Source: Candidatus Oxydemutatoraceae bacterium (lineage in GTDB: Bacteria; Pseudomonadota; Gammaproteobacteria; Poriferisulfidales; Oxydemutatoraceae). From it: a stretch of DNA of 64,000 nucleotides. The stretch lies in the NCBI GenBank assembly GCA_965219575.1, contig OZ244779.1, positions 1,409,928 through 1,473,927 on the forward strand, given 5' to 3'. This document shows positions 38,645 to 49,892 of the stretch, piece by piece. The position numbers and the translations under genes are program-made. A model generated the notes under the pieces. It ran no database searches. It saw only the letters and a program-made list of their open reading frames with translations, and was not told where the DNA came from. Position 1 is the stretch's first letter. Each line of letters starts with the position of its first letter.

Positions 38645-41600
38645 ATGAAATTAAAACCTATATTCGTAGCACAATTTATTTTACTTGCAGTTCTGCCATG
38701 TCAGTCTGCGCTTGGGCAAGTACCCTCGGAGAATCCCGGTATCACTCTGCAAAAGGGGATTACGATTGAAGGCTCGGCAAACGAAGGCGAGGAATTGACT
38801 TTAAGTCTCCCCGACGATGCGATTGCCGGTGGCAGCGGGAATAGCGAAAACTATTCTTATCGGTGGGAATATCGACCGAGCGACCGGTCGCAGCTGTTGA
38901 ATCCGAATTTGCAACTGTCGGATCCCAACACCCGAACTTTGACTGTGCGCATCCCTACAGATTTCATTGCGCGTGATTATAACCAAAGCGATGTGATTTT
39001 CACTGTGACGGTCGGCGAAGACGGCTCTACGGCAAGCACCGAGAGCATAGTGACGATTATCAAGCGGAACAACTTTGTTCCCACCCTTGATGTGAATCTG
39101 AAACTGAATTCAAATATATCGGGTACGACCGCCTCTATAACCGCCGTTGTAGATAATATCTCGGATTCGGACGGCGACGGCGAGTTCACATACTCGTGGC
39201 AATCTCTAGCTTTAGGCGACACGCAATGGCGTGGTGTCAAAATGGAAACCACCACGAGAACACTATCCGCTTACACGGTACCGGAAGGCACCACCCCGAC
39301 TACCCGCTATCGCGTGGAAATAAGCTATACCGATGCGCAGGGGCATGCGGTTACCGAACAATTCGGAACCTACAGAACCGATGTGGACATAGACGACGAC
39401 GGATTGATAGAGATTTATTACCTTGAGGATTTAGACGCAATTCGCTATCAAGTGAACGGCAGCGGCTATCAACCGGTTCCCTCCGATGATATAGACCTTA
39501 ATAACTCGGGTTGCAACGAAGATGGTGATGGCACTTGTAACGGATATGAAATCGCCAGGCATTTGGATTTCGGCAACGATGCACACTATCAAGACTTAAG
39601 CAATAAAGCGACTTGGACTGAAGGAGCAGGGTGGTCCCCGATAGATAGTTTAGCTACGGCATTGGAAGGTAACGGCAACACAATTTCTGGTTTGCGTATC
39701 GTGCGTAATCAGGGCAACCAGGGTTTATTTGCGCAGTTGGGAGGATCATCGGGAATAATCCGCAATCTTGGTTTGCTCAAAGTGAATATCAATATTATGA
39801 GTAGTGGTATAGCAGGTGGGTTTGCAGGTAGATTGGGTGGCCGTATTATCAGAAATAGTTATGTCAAAGGTACTATAGTAGGAAACCAAGAGATAGGTGG
39901 TTTTGCAGGCGATGGCTTAGGTCAAATAATAAATAGCTATGCGAATGTAAATATTGAAGGGAGATTTAGTGGTGGATTATATGGTGAAGGTGATGCCGGG
40001 ATTACTTCCAGTTATGTAACAGGATCTGTCACCGGACCGTCGGTAGGTGCGATAGTGTCGGAGAGTAATAGCTTTATTGCGAATAGCTACGCAGCAAATA
40101 ATCTAGGAAATATAAAAGATAATAATCAAACCGGTATTTCCAATAGTTACGCCCGAGTACCAGATCGGCACAATGAACTTAAAGAACCCACCGCACCCGG
40201 TACTTCCGACCCCGAATTATATATAGGATGGCGTACCAACAGGTGGGATTTCGGCACATCCGAGCAATTCCCGATTCTAAAATATGTGGAGGATTGCTCA
40301 AACGACCCACAAACCCAAAGAACCGACCCACCGCAATGCGGCACATTCCTGCCGGACCAAAACGACGGTTTGAGAGACTTGGAAATAATAAGCGAGGTTA
40401 TTAAACTGGATAAAGTTTTTGCCTCCGAAATCACCAACTATGATGTAAGTTTTAATGATGATACACCGAACTTAACATTGAGATTAAAGGCTTACGAGAG
40501 CGACTCGCAAATCAGTGTCCGCAGACACGGAGACAGTACGGATTACTTTGCCGGGATGCGTGATACCCCCGATGTCGGCAACGATATTTCCCTGACGGGC
40601 ACAGAGCAAACAACCGTGACGATTACGGTGAGAGAAGTCTTTCCTGCCACCGAGACCGAATATGTACTTACTTTGATAAATGAGACGCTGATAGTTTCCG
40701 GAGAAATCGGCATTACGGGAGATGTAATGATTACCGAGAATGTAATATCCACCACCGAAGGCAGATCTTTTACTTTAGAAGCACCTCAAGTTAGTGGTGG
40801 TATCGACATGCCCGACTACGAATGGACGGTGACGCCGGAAAATACATCACAGTTGCTGAACCCGAATTTGCAACTATCGGATACCACCACCCGAACTTTG
40901 ACCGTGACCATACCTAATGATTTTATAGGGCGCGCTTCTACGAGTAGCAATGTGAGATTCAAGTTAACGGTGAATAACGATGTTTCCGGCAGTAGCCGAA
41001 ACATCGTAGTGAGGATAGATAAAACGAATAACGATAGTTCGGAACTGAATCCGACATGGGTAGAGGACGGTATTTCATTAGATGCCGTGATAGATATTGA
41101 AGATATTGAAGATTTGGACGGCAATCCCGGCGAGAATGATATCAGCTATCAATGGCAGCGTAAAGCCATAAACAATGATGTATGGATGAATATTCCCGAT
41201 GATGCAACGTCTGAAACTTATACGATACCACAACTGGAGTATCCCATTGCCTTTAACTATCGCGTCGGTGTGCGCTACACGGACCGGCAAGGCTATCTAA
41301 GTGATATCGCTTATAGCGACCCCACACCTGCAGATTATCGACCGGACATAGACACAGACGATGACGGATTGATAGAGGTTTATTACCTTGAGGATTTGGA
41401 TGCAATCCGTTATCAATTAGACGGTAGCGGCTATAGAACGAGCACTCAAGCAACGGTGATAAAAGCGGGTTGTGGCTATAACGATAATGGTAGCATGGTG
41501 TGCAGAGGCTACGAGTTGATAAGAGATTTAGACTTCGGCGTTGATAACAGCTATAGCTCGACGGCTAATCGGGTTATTTGGCAGCCGAATGACGGCAAAA

Positions 41601-44600
41601 GCAACGAGGGCTGGATGCCGATCGGTAGCAATAGCCAAACGACCGTTAGTGCGCCGATGATATTTGAAGGCAACGGCTATACAATCTCCAATCTGTATCA
41701 AAACACCGCTACTGATAGTGGTTTATTCGGCAATATAGAAAATGTCAGGGAGAGACCGCTCGCTATTTACAATATCGGTCTGCTTGATATAGATATTCAA
41801 ACCCGAGGCGGCGATAACGGCGGCTTAGCCGCTGCATGCCGGAATTGTCGTATAGCAAACAGCTATGTCACCGGCACCTTGTCGTCTGAAGGAACGGTTG
41901 ATACGCTGGGCGGTTTGGTGGGCCGCGCTACTTCTGATTCAGCAGGTGCTACTGAATATCGAAACATTTATGCGCGGGTTGATTTAACAGGGAATGCGGT
42001 ACATTCGGGTCATTTGCTGGGTTTGGCTACGGTTCGTATTGCCGAGTCTTATGCCAGAGGCTACCGACAAGAAACCTACGAAGGCGCAATAGTAGGAAGT
42101 TTAAGTATAAGGAACGACAATGAATTCGGTTTTCTCGTAAATTCCTATGCAACGGGTAGCGATATTACCGATATTATTATTGAAAATACCCTTTTATTCA
42201 TGGACTCTACCGCAACACAGACCGTATCCGCACTAACATCACCGACCACTAACGAAGGCATCTATGAACAATGGAATCAAGGAGAAAACATCTGGGATTT
42301 CGGCACATCCGAACAGTACCCGATTCTAAGATATAACATAGGCAATAACTTTAGACGCGTCTACGATTATGATTTATGTTCTCAAGGACTTCGCATGAAA
42401 AGCACCGACCAACCACAATGCGGCACATTCCTGCCCGATCAAGGGATCGGCTTGAGAGACCTGAATATACTTGAACCTACAATAACAAGAACCGATAACA
42501 TCTTCGTTTCCGACCGAACCGAATACACCTTATGGATCAGAGAGAATGAAGCGCAAATTCAATTGGAACTGAACGGATATGACTTTAGAGGTATTATCAC
42601 GATTGACGGTGTCGGTGCGGCGATCGGTACCACGATGACTACGATTGCATTGCCTAACGACATATCGGTACGGAACATCGTTGTCGCCGATGCCGCTTCA
42701 ACGGAATATAAACTCACCATTATCAAATCAGCGGATATTGCCGGAACAGGAGTAATCACGGTGGATCCCATGCCTGCCGAAGACGGAACTTGGGACGAAG
42801 GGAGCAGAATTGAACTGACATCCGACATAGTCGGAGGAAGCTATTTATGGACCCAACCGGAAGAAAGCGCGTTAGAAATAGTGGAGCAGAACGATGCCAT
42901 GATCACGGTTCGGGCGCCGGGAGACTTCGTGGCGCCGGATGCAATGACTCGCAACACGACATTGACACTGACGGTTTCCGATCCCCTAGAGCAAGACGGC
43001 AGGGTAATAAGCCGAGTATTGACGATAAACAAAATAGACAACGGGCCTGCCGAGATTGATTTTGTGGGGCAATTCGGCAATAGGCAGCTAACCGTTATCG
43101 TGGGCAATGATCCCGACGGTGATGTTGCCGAATACCGATATCGATGGCAGAGCCAAGCCCCCGGTTCAAACTTATGGGCAACCGTAGCCTCGATAACGAC
43201 TGCCTTGAATAAGGTTGATTATCAAATACCGGCGGATACTACCACCGCTACCCGCTATCGGGTGGAGGTGCAATACACTGATGCGCAAGGGTATAGCACC
43301 GACGAGGTAGCGGGCAATTATTTATACAGAGCCGGAGATAACGACGATAACGACAACGGTTTTATAGATATTTATACGTTGGAAGATTTGGCCGCAACGA
43401 CAAGCGATGGCCGCTACGAATTGAGAGGAAACTTAGACTTCAACGACCCGCTGAGCTATGCCGATACTAGAAACATGGATGACTGGAGTGCGAATGAAGA
43501 TAGAAGCAATCGGGGGTGGGAGCCTATTCCTCCTGTAAATCTTGAGTTTGTCGGTTATATTTTTAACGGGAATGGTCATACCATCTCCAACCTTTATATC
43601 AATAGAGCGGTTAATAGAAACTCTGAAAATCAAAGGATCGCTTTATTCCGCGAAATAGGACCGAGTAGCACGATCAGAAATATAGGTTTAATCAATGTAG
43701 ATATTAGAGGATACTTTTTCGCAGGTGGATTGGTCGGTATCTCAGACGGTAGTGTTATTTCTAGCTATGTGGGCGGTTCCGTTAAAATCAGCAGTAATGA
43801 TAGGGCGGCAGGATTAGTTGGTGAAAACACTAACACGGGTATCATTGATAATAGCTATGTTATCGCAACGAGCGGCACGATTGTAGGTCTTGGGAACACA
43901 GGAGGACTGGTAGGTTTTAATTCCGGTACAATCAGGAATAGTGGAGCGAATGTAGCGGTACAAGGAACCGATGGAGTTGGCGGCTTAATAGGTCGCAACA
44001 GAGCTGTGGGTGACACTGCTCGTACGTCCAGGGTTCATAATAGCTTCGCGCAGGGTTCCGTCACCGGGAATCAGAATGTAGGTGGTTTAATAGGACTTAT
44101 TCAACCGATGTCCACCGTTCAAAATAGCTATGCAAGCGGCGATGTTACCGGTTCATCCAATTTAGGTGGGTTGATCGGTTCTTCCACAGTTCCTGCGCTT
44201 TCCATCGAAAACAACTATACGATATCTAAAGTAATTCCCAATGGCGATGGAAGGATAGGAGGATTGCTGGGTAATACTGGCAGTCCAGCCGCTAGCTACT
44301 GGAATAGCGATGTTTATACCGAAGACGACAGACGCCCCACCGATGACGATGCCACAAGCAAAACCACGGTGGAACTGCAATCACCGATAGATGCAACCGA
44401 CATTTATCGACAATGGAGTACAGACAACTGGGATTTCGGTGATGAGATGACTTATCCGATGCTTCGCTACGACCCGACCTCATGTAACTTAGATTCCGAT
44501 ACCGCACGCTGCGGGCTATTGCCCAATCAGCAATATGAGACTGGTCTGGGCGCACTGTTTCTGCTATCGAACGGCGAGGTATTGAATCCCGATCTACGCC

Positions 44601-47600
44601 TCGGTAATCAACCGTTTTCCGTTTTGCGAGAGAATTATAGTATAGGTATTCTGAATCGGAGCGAGGTTCAATTAAGACCTTTTGCCGTCGGTGGTGATGC
44701 CGAGATTAAAATCATAAGTGACGGCGATAACCAAGATTATTTTTCCGGCAAATCCAGCGGTCAGCCTAGCAACCCGATTCCATTAAGTCTAGATATCGCA
44801 ACGACTGTATCCGTTGTCGTGACCGACGGCGATATAAATACCACTTACACGCTGGCCATGAGCAGATACGACATAGAGACCGAAAGCACGGTCGTAGATG
44901 AAGGAGACGAAATCACCTTAAACACCGGTGCGATAGGCGATAGTCGTAACTGGTCGTTTATGCCGCCGGACTCGGTTGACATTCTATCGGGGCAGGGCAC
45001 CCCTACTTTGAGGGTGAGGATACCCGATACCTTTGTGCCGGGAGGTATGGAGACTACCATGGCCACCCTCGTATTTGAAGTAGATATAGTTGACGGGGCA
45101 ACAACCTATACACCGAGAGAAACACTGATAGTCAATAAGATAAATAACGGGATGCCTCCCGATATCGGTTTGGAAATAGGCTCGACGACCCTGAGTATCG
45201 TTCTCGGCGAAGGTACCGATTCGGACGGCGAAGGTGAGTTTATGTACACATGGGAAAAGGTATCTGTTGAAAATGGTAGAAAAGAGCGGAATGAGGTTTC
45301 TACTTCACCTGAATATAGATTGCCCGACACCGACAACGGAAGTACCCGCTATTTCGTGAATGTAATCCACATCGACGGTCAAGGCTTTGTAACAGACTAC
45401 GCAACCCGAGAGCCATCTATTTCGGAGCCGATTAGGCGAATAGATATAGACATAGACGATGACGACAATGGCTTGATAGATATCTACTACTTGGACGACT
45501 TGGACGAAATACGCGAACATTTGACCGAAATGCCGGCAACTTGCGGTCAAAACAACGATCAACCTTGTGAAGGTTATGAATTGCAAAGAAGCTTGAACTT
45601 TCGTTCCGGTGGCTCTTATATCGGAGATGTGAATCAGGCATGGATATCTACATTTACATCATCACCTCCAGGTTGGCAACCCATAGGGAGCATTGAAACC
45701 CCTTTCAATACCGTTTTTACGGCAGCTACCGATAATCTATTCATCGATCGCTTGTATATCAATAGACAAGAGGAGGACAATATCGGTTTGTTCGGTGTGA
45801 TCGGTCCCCGAGCCCAAATTTTGGATATTCAGGTACGGAATCCAAACATTAGAGGGCGGTATGCGGTCGGCGGTTTAGTCGGCGTGACGAGTAGGTTAAC
45901 CGATAGCGAAGGTTCGGTTACCGAGAGTTCTCTTATTGCCAACAGCTCCGTAGTTTTTACTCAATTGACTGGTACTCAACTAAGAGCGACTCGCGCATGG
46001 CTCGGTGGACTGGTCGGTTCTAATTACGGTTCAATCGTCAATAGCTATACCCAAGTCAGGCTAAACGGGGATTTTGCAGTGGGTGGTTTGGCAGGTTACA
46101 GCTTCGGTCCGATCAGTGATAGCTACGCACTCAGCTTCTATAGCATACCCGCTACTAGCGGAATTAACGAAGGCAATGATATCATAGAAGCCGGAAATGC
46201 GGTCGGTGGCTTGGTCGGTTATAACCATAACGAGAGCCCATTCAAAGGAGGGGGTTCCATTACCAATAGTTATGCCATCAATAGTGTACTGGGTGATTTC
46301 GATGTCGGCGGCTTGGTCGGCTATAACGATGCCGGCACTATCACGAACAGCTATGCGCTCGGTCATGTGGTCGGTGGCACGAATGTCGGCGGCTTGGTCG
46401 GCTACAATAGCAACGGAACGATTGTCGGCTATGCCGGTAATATCGTAACAGGCGGAAATAATGTCGGCGATTTGGTATCCCTCGAGTCCGGCGGTACGGT
46501 CACCGCACTGCTTACTACGCCGACCCTGACATACACAAGGAATTTTGACGGCAACGGCTATTCAAGTTGTGCCGTTGCCGACGGACAAACCGATTATCGA
46601 GTCAAATTACCGGCTTGCGACACACCGCTTCCGGAGCAAGATTCAAGAATCGGCAGAGGTACTCCGGCATTGAGCGGTGTGACTTTATCGGTCGGTACAT
46701 TGGAACCTGAGTTTGACCCGGCTAGAAGCGCATTCTCTAGTTTTAATGGTTATGAGATTTTTGATATCCCCGAGGGCACGACGAAAATAACGGTGACGGC
46801 TACAACGAATAGTCCAAATACTGATTTGGTTTTTGCCGCGGGTTCTTCTACCACTAGAGAAAATAATTCGCGTACAATTTCGCGTACAATTCCGTTAGAT
46901 ATTGAAGAGGCATTTATTTCTGCAGAGCGAGGTACAGCAAGCGATTACGCCATAGTAATGCCTGACCAGCCTGATTTAAGCGGCACCCCGCGAATGCCAT
47001 GCCGCGCAGATACCGCAGATAGAGATGGCGACGGCTTGATAGAAATTTGCGATCTGGAAGGCTTGTATGCGATGCGCTATCGATTGGATGCCGATGCCAT
47101 GCCGAAGACTTGTGGAGAGAGTAACGATAGTGCTTGCATCGGATATGAGTTGGTCAGAGATTTAGACTTTAACGAGAACGAAAGCTATCGCAATGCATCC
47201 GAGAATAAACCGATATGGACGACCGGTAGAGGTTGGCGACCGATAGGAAATCCCAATAATCCTTTCAATGTGGAATTTAGCGCAACCACCGGCCACAGCA
47301 TCGCTAATCTGATGATTAATAGAGACTTTATTAGAAATTATAGCGGATTATTCGGCTATACCGGACGCAATGCTCGTATCGTCAATATCGAACTATCGGA
47401 TGCAAATGTTCGCGGTAGATACTTAACCGGTGGCTTGGTCGGTCGCAACGAAGGCACGATTATCAATAGCCGTGTAACCAGCGCGAGCACGGTTATCGTA
47501 AGGAATGCATGGGGTGGCGGTCTGGTAGGTGATAACGCCGGAATCATCAACGATAGCTACACGGATGGCGATGTGACAGGCAGAGATCAGATCGGTGGCT

Positions 47601-48544
47601 TGGCCGGTATTAACAGCGGGCAGATTATCAATAGCGTAGCCAAGAGCAATGTGGCAGGGGCTACCTTCGCCGGTGGCTTGGTCGGTGTCAATGCCGGCAA
47701 CATTAATAATAGTTATGCAAGCGGTACGGCGGGAGAGAACTTTTATTATGCCGGCGGTTTGGTCGGTTTGAATGTCGGTAGCATCGCAGACACATACTCA
47801 ATCGGCAATGTGAACGGAAGGGAACGAGTAGGCGGTTTGGTCGGTGATAACAGAAACTTGATAGCCTCGAGTTATGCTGCCGTCGGCAATGTGGTAGGAA
47901 CCAGACTGGTCGGTGGCTTGGTCGGCATCAACAGTGGCTCGATTATCGACAGCTACGGCGATCAAAGTACTTATGGTTTAGTCGGTGAAAATTTCCCTGT
48001 CGGAACGATAAGGAACAGTCAAATTTTAAGCGATATGAACTTTCAATCGCAATTCTCCATTCCCGGATGGCGTGCTACCAGCTGGGATTTCGGCACCAAC
48101 AGGCAATACCCGGCACTCAAATATCTAAGAAGCGAAACCGACCCGATTGACTGCGAACAATGTGGCATGTTACTGCAGGGTCAAGCGATGAGACCTGATT
48201 TTTCATTGAGTGCGCCGGCGGAATCGGAAACTCTAATTGAAACGCCGAGCGGCTATACGCTGAACATCAACTTCAACGCAAGGCAAGCCACCCTGATTCC
48301 CGATGCGGATGTTGACAATGTTGTTATTCGTTATAGAGTAGATAACGGGGTGGACCAGACAGCTACGAACAGACAACCCTTTACCGTAGCACTGCCTTCT
48401 AGTGCTAGAACAATCACAATCACATTAGACTTAGGTGGTGACGAAGACTTCCAAGTTGGCGAAATGATAGAATATAGGGTTGATGTCCGCAGAGTTATCT
48501 ATACCCAAATCAGATTATTCCCCGAAGGCCTACTAAATCCATAA
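38645..48544 (+). CDS. Giant secreted repetitive surface protein (3299 aa) with GLUG-like GGLVG repeats and 4-5 tandem ~650-aa modules
   Basis: Signal peptide MKLKPIFVAQFILLAVLPCQSALG. Recurring module: LLNPNLQLSD..TRTLTV.IP.DF segment, acidic DxDxDGLIEIYYLEDLDAIRY (dockerin/EF-hand-like) motif, long arrays of NSYA.G.V.G...VGGLVG (GLUG-type), and a closing WDFGTSEQYPILKY...QCGTFLPDQ. Confidence 0.8.
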   Translation: MKLKPIFVAQFILLAVLPCQSALGQVPSENPGITLQKGITIEGSANEGEELTLSLPDDAIAGGSGNSENYSYRWEYRPSDRSQLLNPNLQLSDPNTRTLTVRIPTDFIARDYNQSDVIFTVTVGEDGSTASTESIVTIIKRNNFVPTLDVNLKLNSNISGTTASITAVVDNISDSDGDGEFTYSWQSLALGDTQWRGVKMETTTRTLSAYTVPEGTTPTTRYRVEISYTDAQGHAVTEQFGTYRTDVDIDDDGLIEIYYLEDLDAIRYQVNGSGYQPVPSDDIDLNNSGCNEDGDGTCNGYEIARHLDFGNDAHYQDLSNKATWTEGAGWSPIDSLATALEGNGNTISGLRIVRNQGNQGLFAQLGGSSGIIRNLGLLKVNINIMSSGIAGGFAGRLGGRIIRNSYVKGTIVGNQEIGGFAGDGLGQIINSYANVNIEGRFSGGLYGEGDAGITSSYVTGSVTGPSVGAIVSESNSFIANSYAANNLGNIKDNNQTGISNSYARVPDRHNELKEPTAPGTSDPELYIGWRTNRWDFGTSEQFPILKYVEDCSNDPQTQRTDPPQCGTFLPDQNDGLRDLEIISEVIKLDKVFASEITNYDVSFNDDTPNLTLRLKAYESDSQISVRRHGDSTDYFAGMRDTPDVGNDISLTGTEQTTVTITVREVFPATETEYVLTLINETLIVSGEIGITGDVMITENVISTTEGRSFTLEAPQVSGGIDMPDYEWTVTPENTSQLLNPNLQLSDTTTRTLTVTIPNDFIGRASTSSNVRFKLTVNNDVSGSSRNIVVRIDKTNNDSSELNPTWVEDGISLDAVIDIEDIEDLDGNPGENDISYQWQRKAINNDVWMNIPDDATSETYTIPQLEYPIAFNYRVGVRYTDRQGYLSDIAYSDPTPADYRPDIDTDDDGLIEVYYLEDLDAIRYQLDGSGYRTSTQATVIKAGCGYNDNGSMVCRGYELIRDLDFGVDNSYSSTANRVIWQPNDGKSNEGWMPIGSNSQTTVSAPMIFEGNGYTISNLYQNTATDSGLFGNIENVRERPLAIYNIGLLDIDIQTRGGDNGGLAAACRNCRIANSYVTGTLSSEGTVDTLGGLVGRATSDSAGATEYRNIYARVDLTGNAVHSGHLLGLATVRIAESYARGYRQETYEGAIVGSLSIRNDNEFGFLVNSYATGSDITDIIIENTLLFMDSTATQTVSALTSPTTNEGIYEQWNQGENIWDFGTSEQYPILRYNIGNNFRRVYDYDLCSQGLRMKSTDQPQCGTFLPDQGIGLRDLNILEPTITRTDNIFVSDRTEYTLWIRENEAQIQLELNGYDFRGIITIDGVGAAIGTTMTTIALPNDISVRNIVVADAASTEYKLTIIKSADIAGTGVITVDPMPAEDGTWDEGSRIELTSDIVGGSYLWTQPEESALEIVEQNDAMITVRAPGDFVAPDAMTRNTTLTLTVSDPLEQDGRVISRVLTINKIDNGPAEIDFVGQFGNRQLTVIVGNDPDGDVAEYRYRWQSQAPGSNLWATVASITTALNKVDYQIPADTTTATRYRVEVQYTDAQGYSTDEVAGNYLYRAGDNDDNDNGFIDIYTLEDLAATTSDGRYELRGNLDFNDPLSYADTRNMDDWSANEDRSNRGWEPIPPVNLEFVGYIFNGNGHTISNLYINRAVNRNSENQRIALFREIGPSSTIRNIGLINVDIRGYFFAGGLVGISDGSVISSYVGGSVKISSNDRAAGLVGENTNTGIIDNSYVIATSGTIVGLGNTGGLVGFNSGTIRNSGANVAVQGTDGVGGLIGRNRAVGDTARTSRVHNSFAQGSVTGNQNVGGLIGLIQPMSTVQNSYASGDVTGSSNLGGLIGSSTVPALSIENNYTISKVIPNGDGRIGGLLGNTGSPAASYWNSDVYTEDDRRPTDDDATSKTTVELQSPIDATDIYRQWSTDNWDFGDEMTYPMLRYDPTSCNLDSDTARCGLLPNQQYETGLGALFLLSNGEVLNPDLRLGNQPFSVLRENYSIGILNRSEVQLRPFAVGGDAEIKIISDGDNQDYFSGKSSGQPSNPIPLSLDIATTVSVVVTDGDINTTYTLAMSRYDIETESTVVDEGDEITLNTGAIGDSRNWSFMPPDSVDILSGQGTPTLRVRIPDTFVPGGMETTMATLVFEVDIVDGATTYTPRETLIVNKINNGMPPDIGLEIGSTTLSIVLGEGTDSDGEGEFMYTWEKVSVENGRKERNEVSTSPEYRLPDTDNGSTRYFVNVIHIDGQGFVTDYATREPSISEPIRRIDIDIDDDDNGLIDIYYLDDLDEIREHLTEMPATCGQNNDQPCEGYELQRSLNFRSGGSYIGDVNQAWISTFTSSPPGWQPIGSIETPFNTVFTAATDNLFIDRLYINRQEEDNIGLFGVIGPRAQILDIQVRNPNIRGRYAVGGLVGVTSRLTDSEGSVTESSLIANSSVVFTQLTGTQLRATRAWLGGLVGSNYGSIVNSYTQVRLNGDFAVGGLAGYSFGPISDSYALSFYSIPATSGINEGNDIIEAGNAVGGLVGYNHNESPFKGGGSITNSYAINSVLGDFDVGGLVGYNDAGTITNSYALGHVVGGTNVGGLVGYNSNGTIVGYAGNIVTGGNNVGDLVSLESGGTVTALLTTPTLTYTRNFDGNGYSSCAVADGQTDYRVKLPACDTPLPEQDSRIGRGTPALSGVTLSVGTLEPEFDPARSAFSSFNGYEIFDIPEGTTKITVTATTNSPNTDLVFAAGSSTTRENNSRTISRTIPLDIEEAFISAERGTASDYAIVMPDQPDLSGTPRMPCRADTADRDGDGLIEICDLEGLYAMRYRLDADAMPKTCGESNDSACIGYELVRDLDFNENESYRNASENKPIWTTGRGWRPIGNPNNPFNVEFSATTGHSIANLMINRDFIRNYSGLFGYTGRNARIVNIELSDANVRGRYLTGGLVGRNEGTIINSRVTSASTVIVRNAWGGGLVGDNAGIINDSYTDGDVTGRDQIGGLAGINSGQIINSVAKSNVAGATFAGGLVGVNAGNINNSYASGTAGENFYYAGGLVGLNVGSIADTYSIGNVNGRERVGGLVGDNRNLIASSYAAVGNVVGTRLVGGLVGINSGSIIDSYGDQSTYGLVGENFPVGTIRNSQILSDMNFQSQFSIPGWRATSWDFGTNRQYPALKYLRSETDPIDCEQCGMLLQGQAMRPDFSLSAPAESETLIETPSGYTLNINFNARQATLIPDADVDNVVIRYRVDNGVDQTATNRQPFTVALPSSARTITITLDLGGDEDFQVGEMIEYRVDVRRVIYTQIRLFPEGLLNP

Positions 48545-48554
48545 AGACAAACCA

Positions 48555-48898
48555 TTCCCCTCCTTCGGAGGGGTGGCAGGCGTTAGCCTGACGGGGTGGT
48601 CGCTTCGTGGGACTGTTGAAAAAATACCGTTTGGCACGGATAATATGTTTATCCACAAAATTTATGTTTACCTACCGTAGGGGCGGACTAACATGTCCGC
48701 CCTAAAGTGCCGTTCTGCACAGCCGCAACCGCTTGCGCCAACAAATAATGGTTTCCATAATATTAATGGGTAAACGCGTTAATCGTGCAAACATGATACG
48801 TTTCGGGCGGACATGTTAGTCCGCCCCTACGGGTGGTTTGTAAATATTCACGGCGCAAGCGGTTGCAATTATGCAAAAACAGTACTTTTTCAACAGCC
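48555..48898. repeat. Family B hairpin repeat plus a full family A MITE (two palindromes)
   Basis: CATTCCCCTCCTTCGGAGGGGTGGCAGGCGTTAGCCTGACGGGGTGGTCGC, then CTGTTGAAAAAATACC…ACTTTTTCAACAGCC. Confidence 0.8.
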
Positions 48899-48941
48899 CC
48901 AACGGTTCTGCACAAGTCAACCACACAAACTACTTTGACAA

Positions 48942-49892
48942 TCAATCCAACGCAATAAAAGTGCCACGGCTTTGTCTGGCAACCTCGCGCAACAAAGTGG
49001 AAAGACGAAGTATATCGCCGCCTTGTTGGTTATAAAAACCGATACCGTGGATGCGGGCAATAGGCTTGCCCGTTCCTCTATCGGTATTGAGTCCGGCGAT
49101 CGTTTGCAATACCGGGTCGTAAGACGAACCGGTGTAATCATCTCCTAAAATATAGATTGATACTTTCATATTAGGCTTCACATAGAGTTTTAAGGCTTCT
49201 TGTAAGCCTTCTACCGGGCTACTGTTAGAGAATGCTTGCCACGAGCGCAGTAATTGCAATACGCGTCTGCGCAAGCTGGGTGTGTCGTCGATCCATTTTC
49301 TCTTATAGGCGGAAATCAAATGTATGCCGTTGTCGTTGAGGATTTGAAAGCCTTCCACTTTCGGATGTATGTTGAGTATATTTTCCATGTCTTTCATGAC
49401 CTTAGCCCATATCTCTAACATAGAGCCCGAAGTGTCTACTATAAAGACGATGTAATTCGCATCAACCGGTATGCCGCCGGCGTAGACTTCGTCTTCGACA
49501 TTTCTATCTACACTTGTCGTTGCCGAAGGCGAATTTGTTTTTTGTTGCAGTATAGCCATCTCGGCCTGCAAGGTTGAGTTCTCCGATTGTAGCGTTGCAA
49601 GCGTTTGGCTTGCTTTTTTAATAGCACTTTGAAGTTGCGTCTCTTTATCTGTTTGTGTATCGATTGTAGACGAAAGTTGTTGCGATTGCGATTCAAGTTC
49701 GCCACTTTGTACTTGCGTTTGAGTGAATGTTTTGAGCAGCTCTGCGATGCGATCTATATCGATCGTGCCACCGCCGATCGTCGATTTGGAAAGCAATACC
49801 AACAGCACGACGGCACCGAAACCACACGAGATAACATCCAAAAAGGAAAGGTTGAATATCTGGAAATTGCGTAAACGTCTTTTCATGGCCAC
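48942..49892 (-). CDS. ExbD/TolR-like N-terminal TM + coiled coil + vWA-domain protein (paralog 2)
   Basis: N-terminus RRLRNFQIFNLSFLDVISCGFGAVVLLVLL matches the ExbD/TolR TM region (…INVTPFIDVMLVLL…), including the conserved Asp. A Q/S-rich coiled coil follows, then a vWA domain with MIDAS VFIVDTSGSM. It overlaps the upstream paralog by 10 nt. Confidence 0.6.
   Translation of the reverse strand: MAMKRRLRNFQIFNLSFLDVISCGFGAVVLLVLLSKSTIGGGTIDIDRIAELLKTFTQTQVQSGELESQSQQLSSTIDTQTDKETQLQSAIKKASQTLATLQSENSTLQAEMAILQQKTNSPSATTSVDRNVEDEVYAGGIPVDANYIVFIVDTSGSMLEIWAKVMKDMENILNIHPKVEGFQILNDNGIHLISAYKRKWIDDTPSLRRRVLQLLRSWQAFSNSSPVEGLQEALKLYVKPNMKVSIYILGDDYTGSSYDPVLQTIAGLNTDRGTGKPIARIHGIGFYNQQGGDILRLSTLLREVARQSRGTFIALD

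Noticed and set aside
38801-47550. Numerous 60-100-aa ORFs on both strands inside the giant gene
   Set aside because: They are by-products of the repetitive, compositionally biased 9.9 kb coding sequence. The single forward frame is uninterrupted and carries a signal peptide.
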